A DNA stretch of 64,000 nucleotides. It comes from Candidatus Binatus sp. Its GTDB lineage: Bacteria > Desulfobacterota > Binatia > Binatales > Binataceae. The notes beneath the pieces are model-generated. The model was not told where the DNA came from and searched no databases. It saw only the letters and a list, made by a program, of their open reading frames with translations. The stretch spans positions 3,501 to 67,500 of the forward strand of contig JBEKLS010000002.1 of assembly GCA_050010075.1 (NCBI GenBank). The letters run 5' to 3'. Made by a program: the position numbers and the translations under genes. This document shows, one piece after another, positions 34,756-42,806 of this stretch; positions within the stretch are counted from its first letter, which is position 1, and each line of letters opens with the position of its first letter.

Positions 34756-35295
34756 TTACGCCATCCGTTTCAGGCGCGCCTTGCGAATCGTTTCGGCCGC
34801 GTTGTCGGGATCGTAGATGTCGTTGAGGCGGATCGCATAGTCGGCGCTGGCTGCGGACGCGATGGTGACGTTGCCGAGTCCGAACATTCGTTGGAAGACG
34901 CGCTGGTCGACTTCGACCGATCGGATGTCGGCCAGTTCCATCTCGCGCCGGCGCGACGCAACGATGCCGCGCTTTTCGATCAGGCGATCGGAAGTGAGAC
35001 TCCAGTTCAGGCTGCGTGCGCGGATCATCGTGACGAGAAAGGTCAGCGCGCCGACGCCGATAATCGCGAAGGCGGCCTGAATCGGTTGAAATTTTATATA
35101 GAGCAGGCGCCCACCGAACGCGATTAAGACACCGCCGACGAGGAAGCCGTTGGCGTAGTACCATAGAGCGGGTCGGAACTGCGCCAATGCGTACTCGCGC
35201 ACAGCGGACGGCTTAGGCGCGAACATCCGCGTGCCGCATCGCGAGCAGAAGGCAGCGCCTTGCTGGGTTTCGTTACCGCATTGGGGACATCTCAT
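34756..35295 (-). CDS. zinc-ribbon plus bacterial PH (bPH_2/YdbT-like) membrane protein
   Basis: 179 aa. MRCPQCGNETQQGAAFCSRCG is a zinc ribbon. Two TM segments follow. The motif WSLTSDRLIEKRGIVASRRREMELADIRSVEVDQRVFQRMFGLGNVTI is typical of DUF304/bPH_2. Confidence 0.75.
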   Translation of the reverse strand: MRCPQCGNETQQGAAFCSRCGTRMFAPKPSAVREYALAQFRPALWYYANGFLVGGVLIAFGGRLLYIKFQPIQAAFAIIGVGALTFLVTMIRARSLNWSLTSDRLIEKRGIVASRRREMELADIRSVEVDQRVFQRMFGLGNVTIASAASADYAIRLNDIYDPDNAAETIRKARLKRMA

Positions 35296-35409
35296 CGCGC
35301 GCCCGCCTCGACCGCCGCCTCAGGAAGAATCGTCGTCGAAGCGATTATGATGATGCGCAGCGCGCCGCGTCAATTGGCGGAGAGAGGGAAGGTGAACAGT
35401 TAATTTAAT

Positions 35410-35462
35410 GTGGAACCCGCGGTGGGTTCCACACCTCCCTGGGCAGGGGTGACCCCTGCACC
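35410..35462 (-). repeat. family R2 repeat, copy C (inverted)
   Basis: gtggaacccgcggtgggttccacacctccctgggcaggggtgacccctgcacc is the reverse complement of the R2 consensus. The flanking sequence gatgcgggacttcgtccctgtt (35478..35499) is shared with copy B. Confidence 0.9.
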
Positions 35463-35702
35463 CGGTGAAGAAGAAAGATGCGGGACTTCGTCCCTGTTAG
35501 GAAGTTGGTTGGGGGAGGATTCTGCTCTTGCCTCGCCCGTTCCTTTTACGGGAGAGGCGGCTGGCCGCATCGCGGCCAGCGGTGAGGGCTCTGCGGTTCG
35601 AGATGTAAGCGCGCAAGGCCGCAGTCTGCCTTGTTGTCTGATCTTTTTTTTGTGTCATTGTGAGCGCATCGAAGGACTGTTCGAGCGCAGAGGATCAACT
35701 TT

Positions 35703-36551
35703 ATGAAATTCGGACTATTCGGAATCAACAATGGAGCTTGTGCGTTTCCCAAATGCGCCGCCGCCGTCGCGCGCGCGGCCGAGGATGCGGGCTTTGAAAG
35801 CGTGTGGACGGGCGAGCATGTGATATTGCCCGACCCGCAAGCGCCGCCCTCGCCGGTGCCAGCGGACTACCCGATGCTCGACCCCGCTATCTCGCTGGCG
35901 TTTGTCGCGGCGCATACGACCAAGATTCGGCTCGGCACCGGCATCATCATATTGCCGCAGCGAAATCCGGTGGTCCTCGCCAAGGAGCTCGCGTCGACCG
36001 ATGTGCTCTCGAACGGCCGGCTGATTTTCGGTATCGGCGTCGGCTACCTGAAGCCCGAGTTCGATGCGATTGGCGCGCCGTTCGATCACAAGGGCGCGCG
36101 GTCGGAGGAATGGCTGGCGGCGATGATCGCGCTGTGGTCGATGCCGAAGCCGGAATTCAGCGGCAAGTGGATCAATTTCAAGGGTGTCAACGCGATGCCG
36201 CGGCCCGTGCAGCAGCCCCATCCGGAGATCGTCTTCGGGGGGCATACCAAGGAGGCGTACAGCCGTGCGGCGCGTCTCGCCAAGGGATGGTACGGGTTTG
36301 CGCTGGACCTGGACGCGACGGCGAAATGCGTCGAGGGGTTGCGCGCGGCGTGCAAGACTGCGGACCGTCGGTTCGAGGACGTCGAGGTGAGCATCACGCC
36401 GCATGCGAAGGTGAAAGTTGATCGCGATACGGCCAAGCGCTACGCCGACCTGGGCGTGAGCCGCCTGATTTTGCTGCCGCGCGGTGCAGACGAGAAGGCG
36501 CTGCTCGAACACGTTCGCGAGACTGAGCGGGAGCTGATCGGCAAGGTCTAG
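35703..36551 (+). CDS. LLM-class F420-dependent oxidoreductase (Rv2161c/TIGR03619-like)
   Basis: 282 aa. MKFGLFGINNG...AEDAGFESVWTGEHVILP...IRLGTGIIILPQRNPVVLAKELASTDVLSNGRLIFGIGVGYLKPEF... Confidence 0.85.
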   Translation: MKFGLFGINNGACAFPKCAAAVARAAEDAGFESVWTGEHVILPDPQAPPSPVPADYPMLDPAISLAFVAAHTTKIRLGTGIIILPQRNPVVLAKELASTDVLSNGRLIFGIGVGYLKPEFDAIGAPFDHKGARSEEWLAAMIALWSMPKPEFSGKWINFKGVNAMPRPVQQPHPEIVFGGHTKEAYSRAARLAKGWYGFALDLDATAKCVEGLRAACKTADRRFEDVEVSITPHAKVKVDRDTAKRYADLGVSRLILLPRGADEKALLEHVRETERELIGKV

Positions 36552-36877
36552 CCAGGGCAAGTTCCGGATCGGCAAAGTTTCCGCGCCTCGACCGGCAGTT
36601 AGCAAAAGCGGATTCGAGGCAGTCACAACAGGACGACGAGTGTCCCACGGCTGCGACGGCATCCTTTGATGGACCGTGTTCGCGGCGGCTGCGGCATTTT
36701 TCGGTCGCACTGGCAAAATTCGACCGCCTTTTGCAATCGATTGTCGCCATAGATTGCTTTATCCGTTGAGATTTCGGGTGCGCGTCAGTCGGCACGTTCA
36801 TTGCGATAAGCCTAACCAAGAGATGCTAGGCCAACGGCACGAACCAACTAAAGGGATATGAAAAGGGGAACTAACGG

Positions 36878-37072
36878 ATGCTGAAAAATGACGGCAGTCA
36901 CGTACTGACAGTCAAGGAACTTTCGGACTATCTGAAGGTTCATCCATCGACGATTTACCGACAGCTCAAGCGCGGACGTTTACCAGCGTTCAAGGTGGGC
37001 AGCGACTGGCGCTTCAATATCGAATCGATCGACCGGTGGCGTCTTGAGCAGGACACCTTCAAAGAGCTGTAG
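36878..37072 (+). CDS. excisionase-family (MerR-superfamily) helix-turn-helix DNA-binding protein
   Basis: 64 aa. LTVKELSDYLKVHPSTIYRQLKRGRLPAFKVGSDWRFNIESIDRW is the classic Xis/TIGR01764 HTH pattern. An AGGGGA Shine-Dalgarno motif lies 7 nt upstream. Confidence 0.8.
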   Translation: MLKNDGSHVLTVKELSDYLKVHPSTIYRQLKRGRLPAFKVGSDWRFNIESIDRWRLEQDTFKEL

Positions 37073-37120
37073 GACGAGGGCGCGTGTAGCGGGGGGCGAC
37101 GGAGTCGCGAAGAAAGAGGG

Positions 37121-37161
37121 GAGTCACGCAGAGGGGCGTCCGCAAGGACGCCCGGCGTGAC
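37121..37161 (+). terminator. long GC hairpin downstream of the HTH gene (possible terminator)
   Basis: AGTCACGC-agag-GGGCGTCC-gcaa-GGACGCCC-g-GCGTGACT followed by GATTTCC. The T tract is weak. Confidence 0.35.
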
Positions 37162-37551
37162 TGATTTCCGCCTGCGCGGGCAGTAGTTGAGCAGCGCTAG
37201 CAGCGGGAGCATCGAGGGATAAATATGCGATTGACTATTGTCGCCGGATTGATCATGGGGGTGTCGCTGGCGGTTCAGTCGGCGGTTGATTCTCATCAGA
37301 GAGCTAAGGCCGTTCACGCGGCCGGCGTCGTTCGGGCACATGGGCGAGAGGTAGCACCGTGGTACATCGCAATGAATTCGTCCGCCGACGATTTGCCTCT
37401 CCCTGTCAGGGAGAGGCCGCGCCTCCGGCGCGGGTGAGGGTCCGAATTCCGGGATTCCTTCTGCGCGCTGCCGTTGGATGTACCGCTGCCAGGATTCTTC
37501 GCTGTGTTCAGCGATGGTACGAAATGCGCGCATCGTCGACGATGCGCGCGA

Positions 37552-37715
37552 CCTAACCCCTAACCCCTTCCCCTGGTGGAAGGGGAACCAGATTTAAGAG
37601 ACGCCTTCCCGCGCGGGATGGGGAACGAGATGGCGAGAAGCTTCGCCTTCACGGGAATGGGAACCAGATGGCGAGCAGGCCTGCCTTCGCGGGAATGAGA
37701 ACCGGATAAAAGATT
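37552..37715 (+). repeat. family R1 copy d followed by three degenerate ~40-bp tandem derivatives
   Basis: 37552..37591 is cctaacccctaaccccttcccctggtggaaggggaaccag. It is followed by the units ccttcccgcgcgggatggggaacgagatggcgagaagcttcg, ccttcacgggaatgggaaccagatggcgagcaggcctg and ccttcgcgggaatgagaaccgg. Confidence 0.8.
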
Positions 37716-37729
37716 AGAGGGCGATTTTA

Positions 37730-39724
37730 TCAGACCGTTCTGATTGCGCCGGTTGAGGATTCGTCGGCTGGGCCGACGAAATCGAACGCGAGCCATCCGC
37801 GGAGCGGATCGACGCGGCTCACCTGCACTCTTATCGGCATCTGATTCGGCAAGGTCGGTGCGCCGTGCAGGGTTCCGCGCACAGCGAAATCGGCGAGCTC
37901 GGCGCTTTGGCCTTCGCGGGCGACGTAGGCGAGGATTGGGCCGTCGACGGCGTGGCGTTCGAGGTAGCGGAGAGTCCAGTAGCGCTTGGCGCGGCGCTCG
38001 AGCTCGCGGCCAGAGGCTTCGGCGTTTTCGGCGCCGGCGAGCACGGTCAGCAATTCATCGACAGTGTAAATGGGCGGCGTTTGATGATCGCGATTCGCAA
38101 GCGCACCCAGCATTTGCCGCTGCAGCACGAGGTCGGCGTAGCGGCGAATCGGCGAGCTCAACTGCGCGTAAAAGCCCAGCCCGATTCCTGCGTGATATTC
38201 CGGATGCAGTGACAGGCGCGGGCGCAGCGACGCAATATCGCCGCCGCCAAGTTGCGGCTGCACGCGATAAATGATCGGAATCCGGTTCGCCGCCGCATAG
38301 CGGGCCGCGACGAAATTGCTCAGCACCATGAACTCCGCTACCAGTGTGCGGCCCGGCGATGCGTTGTCCAGAACGGTAATGTCGACCTCGTCGCCGCGCA
38401 CGCGAACCTTTGCCTCGCGCCGCTGAACGAGCACTGCGCCGGCGGTCCGGCGCCGCTGCCGAAGCTGAACGGCTGCGGTGTGCAGCCGTGAGACGGTCGC
38501 GGCGGTTTCATCGGCGCGGTTTCCGGATTCCAGAATGCTGTCAACCAGGTCGTAGTCGAGCCGGCGCATGATTGGGATGCGTGCCGGGTAAATCGTGGTG
38601 TCAAGGAGCTCGCCGTCGGCGGACAAGCGCACGTCGGTGGTCATCACGGGCCGATCTTCGCCCGCAATCAGACTAGCGGCGCGGCACGAAATCGGATCGG
38701 GCAGCATTCTGATGGTCGTTTCGGGCAAATAAACCGTGGTCGCGCGCGCGGCCGCCTCCTGGTCCATCGCGCCGCCCTTGACGACGAAATCGGCGACCAG
38801 CGCGATATGCACGCGCACCCGCACACCGCCGTCAGCCAGCGCCTCGCAACTCAGCGCGTCATCGACCTCGACCGTGTCGTCGTCATCGACGGTGACCGCG
38901 AATCCGCCGTCGGAAATCGCGCGCGGGCCGGGAATCGCCTCCGCGGCTTCTTTCATGGCGGCCTCGCTGAATTCATCCTTGAGGCCGGCGATGAACGCGA
39001 AACGTGGTACGCGCGGCTGCGCGCCGAGGCGCTCGAGAATTTCAAAGGCCGCTTCGGCCGGATCGACGTCGGGCGCCGCCTGCGCGAGCATCTGGGTCAT
39101 ATCGCGGCTGCGCGTAAACGGGTTTTTCAGATAGCGCGACAGTTCTTCGACGAGGGCGGCCGTATCGCCGGCCGGGGGCATCGCGGCACCGCCGAGAGCG
39201 TCGCGCAGCTGCTTCTGGATCTTGCGATAGTCGTCGCTCCGCGACCGAATTTTGTCGTTCTGAATCCGCAGCCGTTCTACCTGATCGGGCGTACGCGGCA
39301 CGAAGTCCATGTGGCGGCGGACGAAGTAGGTGCGATCGTTCAGCAGCGCCTCGAGCATCACGGAGGCCGCGGCATGGGATCGGCGGCCGAAGAACAAGTC
39401 AGCGAGCTCCTCGGCGGAAAAACTGCGGCCCTGTTCCTGCGCGACTTCCCACAGGAGCTGGAGATCGAGTTCGGCGGCCAGCGCTGCCCGTTCGCGTTCG
39501 AGATCGCCGAGCGTATCGGCGACCGTGTCGCGGTCGGCGCGCCGATCCGGATGGCGCATCAGTACGAGATCGCGCGGAACCAATCGTTCGTGCCCGCCGG
39601 AATCGACGACCGCGAGATGGCGTTCCTGTTCGCGCGTGACGAGGGCGGCCTTGAGCCGGCCCTGATCGAGGTACTCGACGACAGTACCGGCGTATTTAAT
39701 CGGTAGTGACACGACAGAATTCAT
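37730..39724 (-). CDS. RNB-domain 3'-5' exoribonuclease (RNase II/R family)
   Basis: 664 aa. RNB motifs VTVDDDDTVEVDDALS, YLPETTIRMLP and SSPIRRYADLVLQRQ. No obvious C-terminal basic tail. Confidence 0.88.
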   Translation of the reverse strand: MNSVVSLPIKYAGTVVEYLDQGRLKAALVTREQERHLAVVDSGGHERLVPRDLVLMRHPDRRADRDTVADTLGDLERERAALAAELDLQLLWEVAQEQGRSFSAEELADLFFGRRSHAAASVMLEALLNDRTYFVRRHMDFVPRTPDQVERLRIQNDKIRSRSDDYRKIQKQLRDALGGAAMPPAGDTAALVEELSRYLKNPFTRSRDMTQMLAQAAPDVDPAEAAFEILERLGAQPRVPRFAFIAGLKDEFSEAAMKEAAEAIPGPRAISDGGFAVTVDDDDTVEVDDALSCEALADGGVRVRVHIALVADFVVKGGAMDQEAAARATTVYLPETTIRMLPDPISCRAASLIAGEDRPVMTTDVRLSADGELLDTTIYPARIPIMRRLDYDLVDSILESGNRADETAATVSRLHTAAVQLRQRRRTAGAVLVQRREAKVRVRGDEVDITVLDNASPGRTLVAEFMVLSNFVAARYAAANRIPIIYRVQPQLGGGDIASLRPRLSLHPEYHAGIGLGFYAQLSSPIRRYADLVLQRQMLGALANRDHQTPPIYTVDELLTVLAGAENAEASGRELERRAKRYWTLRYLERHAVDGPILAYVAREGQSAELADFAVRGTLHGAPTLPNQMPIRVQVSRVDPLRGWLAFDFVGPADESSTGAIRTV

Positions 39725-39725
39725 T

Positions 39726-39755
39726 TTGACGACCGCAGGGACCTAAGACTATATG
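39726..39755 (+). promoter_or_regulatory. candidate sigma70-type promoter
   Basis: TTGACG (39726..39731), an 18 nt spacer, then TATATG (39750..39755), in the 73-bp divergent spacer between the RNB gene and the 39798 ORF. Motif match only. Confidence 0.35.
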
Positions 39756-39797
39756 GAAGGGCGAACAATCGGCTGAAAGTGTATCGAGCGAGGTTGC

Positions 39798-40013
39798 TTG
39801 AGCAGGAAAATCCAGATTGACGTGCCCGACGAGCTCTTTGCGCAGCTGATGCAGGTGGCGGAGGCGATGGGGATTTCGGATCCCGCGGAGGCCGCGACCA
39901 TCGGGCTGGCGGAATGGGTCTCGCGGCGCAAGGCCGATCTGGACGACCGGGACCCGAACGAAAAATACGTAGTCAACGAGGCGCTTGATGAACTTGTCGA
40001 AAAGAAAAAGTAG
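39798..40013 (+). CDS. small hypothetical protein, possibly ribbon-helix-helix
   Basis: 71 aa with a TTG start 4 nt after GAGG. KIQIDVPDELFAQLMQVAEAMGIS resembles an RHH strand-helix. It overlaps the next gene by 26 nt. No family was recognised. Confidence 0.45.
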   Translation: MSRKIQIDVPDELFAQLMQVAEAMGISDPAEAATIGLAEWVSRRKADLDDRDPNEKYVVNEALDELVEKKK

Positions 40014-41037
40014 CTTCTCGGTTCTCGCCATCGCGTTGAGCGTCGCCGCCCTGACGATCGCCGCGCTGCCAAGCCTGACCAACTCGATCGCGCGCGCGTC
40101 GGGCGCGGGACTGGACGTGGAAGTCCCGTTCGAGATCAACGCGCTCAAGGCGCCGGGACTGGTAGCGCCGTACTTTGTGCAGGACAACCACGGCGCGATG
40201 GTGGTGTCGGACCAGGCGGGTGGAGTCGACTCGGTCACGTTCGGCGGCAAGGTGACCAAGCTCGCGGACAAGACCAAGATCAAAAATCCGGCCGGCGTCG
40301 CGATTGGTCCGGCGGGATTCGGATCGTACGGCGGCAACGTGTTCGTGCTTGCGGCGCCCGGCGGTATCAAGGGTCCGTGCGAGGTCGAACGAATCGACAA
40401 GTCGGGCGAGGTCAGCACTTTCGCCAAGCTGCCCGACGCGGGCGCCCCTGCGACCGAATGCCGCGACTTGGAATTTGGCGCGGCGAATTCGCCCTTCGCC
40501 GGCAAGCTCTACGCGGTGACCACTGGCAACTCGACGATTTATTCGATCGATTCCTCGGGCAAGGCCAGCGCGTTCGGCACCTACAACAAGCCGGTGCTGT
40601 TCGAGCTGACCACGATAACGTTCCCACCGGCGTCCGATTCGAAGGCGGCGGGAATGATGCTGGTTGGGATGCGCGCCAAGGGCGGCTTTGCGGCGAAAGT
40701 CGGGCGCATCGGAATCATCGGGCCCGACGGCAAGCTGAAGGACGACGTTTACCTGGTCGGATTCATCCGGCCGTCGGGTTTCCAGTGGGCGCCTTCGACC
40801 TTCGGCTCATATGGGGATGAGTTGATGATCGCTGACACGGGCAAATTTGCCTCCGAGAACGACAACGAACGCGACGGCAATGTTTACCGAGTCGAGCGGG
40901 ACGTCGCGCGTCCGTATGCCTCGGGGCTGATGGATCCGACCGACATGAAGTTCATCAACAACAAGGCGGTGATTTGCGATCCCGCCGAGAAGGGCAGGGG
41001 ACAGGGCGCAATCGTGATTATCTCGTCGATGCTGTAG
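39988..41037 (+). CDS. secreted beta-propeller-like protein (unknown function)
   Basis: ATG at 39988. Signal peptide MNLSKRKSSFSVLAIALSVAALTIAALPSLTNSIARA. Repeated G-x-x-x-G/V-F-V/L-Y-A-V blade-like strands. No catalytic motif was recognised. Confidence 0.65.
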   Translation: MNLSKRKSSFSVLAIALSVAALTIAALPSLTNSIARASGAGLDVEVPFEINALKAPGLVAPYFVQDNHGAMVVSDQAGGVDSVTFGGKVTKLADKTKIKNPAGVAIGPAGFGSYGGNVFVLAAPGGIKGPCEVERIDKSGEVSTFAKLPDAGAPATECRDLEFGAANSPFAGKLYAVTTGNSTIYSIDSSGKASAFGTYNKPVLFELTTITFPPASDSKAAGMMLVGMRAKGGFAAKVGRIGIIGPDGKLKDDVYLVGFIRPSGFQWAPSTFGSYGDELMIADTGKFASENDNERDGNVYRVERDVARPYASGLMDPTDMKFINNKAVICDPAEKGRGQGAIVIISSML

Positions 41038-41045
41038 GCGCGCGC

Positions 41046-41765
41046 TCAGTGCCAGGGTTCGCGGACGACTTCGGTGTCGCCGGTCTCGCGATCGACCAGC
41101 AGCATCTCGACCTGGTTGTATGAACCCTTGGGGAAGAAGACGTAGCCGCTGACGGTGAAGTCCTTGCGCACTTCTTCGGGCTTGAGTGCGACGGCGTCGA
41201 TTTGCTGATTGGCCTGCTGATCGGCTCGCGTCTGTCCCCTTTCAGCGCCGCGGAGAATGCCGAAGCCACCGCCGAATGCGGTGCCGATCAGAGCGCCTGC
41301 GCCCGGCGAACCAAAGCCCCAGTTGCCCGCATTTCCAGCGGCGCCAGCCAATGCTCCGGCCGCTGCTCCTACTGCAGCGCCGCCGACGCCGCTCACGGCG
41401 CCGCTTTCGATCGCGCCCTGGAGTTCCTTGGCACTGCCGGCCTGCCGAGCCGCTTCACCCGGTGGCAGCGGAGCGACGCGCTCGCCGGCGTCATTCAGCG
41501 CGAACACCTGGCTCGGCACGACGGCGCGGTCCGCGTCGGTGCCATTGGCGATTGAAACGTAGACGGGAGTTACCTCGCCGACGGTCGGCGCCGCTGCGAC
41601 GCTGACCGCCAACTGGCCTTGCTGCGCTGTCGCCACCACGTTTGGAGTATGCGCTATCGGGGGAGGCGCGACGGCGCATCCGGAGATTGCGAGTGCCGCC
41701 GCTATTGCTGCGACTCTCGCCGGGGTTAGATTTTTGCCGCGCTTCATGAAACCTGCTTTCAACAT
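41046..41765 (-). CDS. Gly/Ala-rich lipoprotein (unknown function)
   Basis: 239 aa. Lipobox LAISGC after MKRGKNLTPARVAAIAAA. A central glycine-zipper-like stretch GAVSGVGGAAVGAAAGALAGAAGNAGNWGFGSPGAGALIGTAFGGGFG. The start is ATG 41765 or 41747. Confidence 0.7.
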   Translation of the reverse strand: MLKAGFMKRGKNLTPARVAAIAAALAISGCAVAPPPIAHTPNVVATAQQGQLAVSVAAAPTVGEVTPVYVSIANGTDADRAVVPSQVFALNDAGERVAPLPPGEAARQAGSAKELQGAIESGAVSGVGGAAVGAAAGALAGAAGNAGNWGFGSPGAGALIGTAFGGGFGILRGAERGQTRADQQANQQIDAVALKPEEVRKDFTVSGYVFFPKGSYNQVEMLLVDRETGDTEVVREPWH

Positions 41766-41831
41766 ACCACTTCAATCTTTAGCGCAACACAAGTCTAGAC
41801 CCCGTGCAATATAGCCGTTTCAGCCGCTTAT

Positions 41832-42713
41832 TCAGGACTTCAGGAACTTCAACACCAGCTCGTTGATATAGTCAGGACGTTCCTGATGCACGAAATGCCC
41901 GGCACCTGGCACCAGCTCGATCTTCAATCCCTTCGGGAACAGCTTCTCCATCCCGTCGAGCGTCTCCGCGCCGATGCATCCGTCGTCACGCCCGTGAATC
42001 ATCATCGCGGGCACGTTGATCGGGATATTCATCATGGCGGCGAGTCCGTTTGGATCGACCGGCGCGCTGAACGCCGGGCCCAGCGTGGCGCGGTAGTAGC
42101 CGATTGCTGCTTCGAGCGTACCCGGTACGCGAAACGATTGCTTGAGCGCTTCCATGTCCGCGGGCGCCCATTTCCATCCCGGCGACCAGTCGGCCCACAG
42201 CTTTTCCAGGAACGCGAAGTCGTTGAAGCTCACCGCGGTTTCGGCAAGTTTGGTCTGGAAGAAAAACATGTACCACGAGCGGCGCTGCTGCGCGGGACTG
42301 GTGACGAGCGCCTCGAAAAATTTCGAGCCGTAGCCGACTGCCGCGGTGACCAGCTTGCTGACGCGATCCGGCGCGGCGGCTGCGGCGCCATATCCGGCGA
42401 CTGCGCCCCAGTCGTGCCCGAATACGATCGCGTCCTTGTAGCCCAGTGCCGTGATCAACGCGAGCGCGTCTTCCGACAACACCGGAGAATCGTAGCGGCC
42501 GTCGGGCGCGGTTTCGGTCGGTGAGTATCCGCGCATGAAGGGCGCGACGCAGTGATATCCAGCAGCGGCCAGCGCGGGCATCTGATGGCGAAACGAATGC
42601 GCCGTGTCGGGGAAGCCGTGCAGGCACAGCACGAGCGGCCCCTCGCCCATCTCGAGCACGGTGAAATTCAGGTTGGATGCGCGGACGACGCGTTGCTTCA
42701 TTTGCGCTGGCAT
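41832..42713 (-). CDS. alpha/beta-fold hydrolase, epoxide-hydrolase-like
   Basis: I start the gene at the ATG at 42713 (MPAQMKQRVV...). HGFPD oxyanion motif, nucleophile elbow GHDWG, C-terminal GAGHFVHQERP. The 648-aa track ORF extends another 355 codons antisense to chrA, and I reject that part. Confidence 0.88.
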   Translation of the reverse strand: MPAQMKQRVVRASNLNFTVLEMGEGPLVLCLHGFPDTAHSFRHQMPALAAAGYHCVAPFMRGYSPTETAPDGRYDSPVLSEDALALITALGYKDAIVFGHDWGAVAGYGAAAAAPDRVSKLVTAAVGYGSKFFEALVTSPAQQRRSWYMFFFQTKLAETAVSFNDFAFLEKLWADWSPGWKWAPADMEALKQSFRVPGTLEAAIGYYRATLGPAFSAPVDPNGLAAMMNIPINVPAMMIHGRDDGCIGAETLDGMEKLFPKGLKIELVPGAGHFVHQERPDYINELVLKFLKS

Positions 42714-42806
42714 AGTGCGTCGATTCTTAGCGCACGCTTCACGCAATGACAAAGCGCGGCCGCTGGAATGCGCGCGCGATTCGTGATCATCTGATCGCGA
42801 GCCCGC

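Noticed and set aside
37552-37715. Possible CRISPR array (also considered for the 5806..7590 repeats)
   Set aside because: The units are degenerate, they abut each other with no unique ~30-bp spacers, no cas genes are nearby, and the 5806..7590 repeats are coding.
36552-37729. Calling this stretch a prophage or integrative element
   Set aside because: It has no integrase, no recognisable att direct repeats and no other phage genes. Only an orphan Xis-family HTH is present, so I report it as an observation and not as a mobile element feature.
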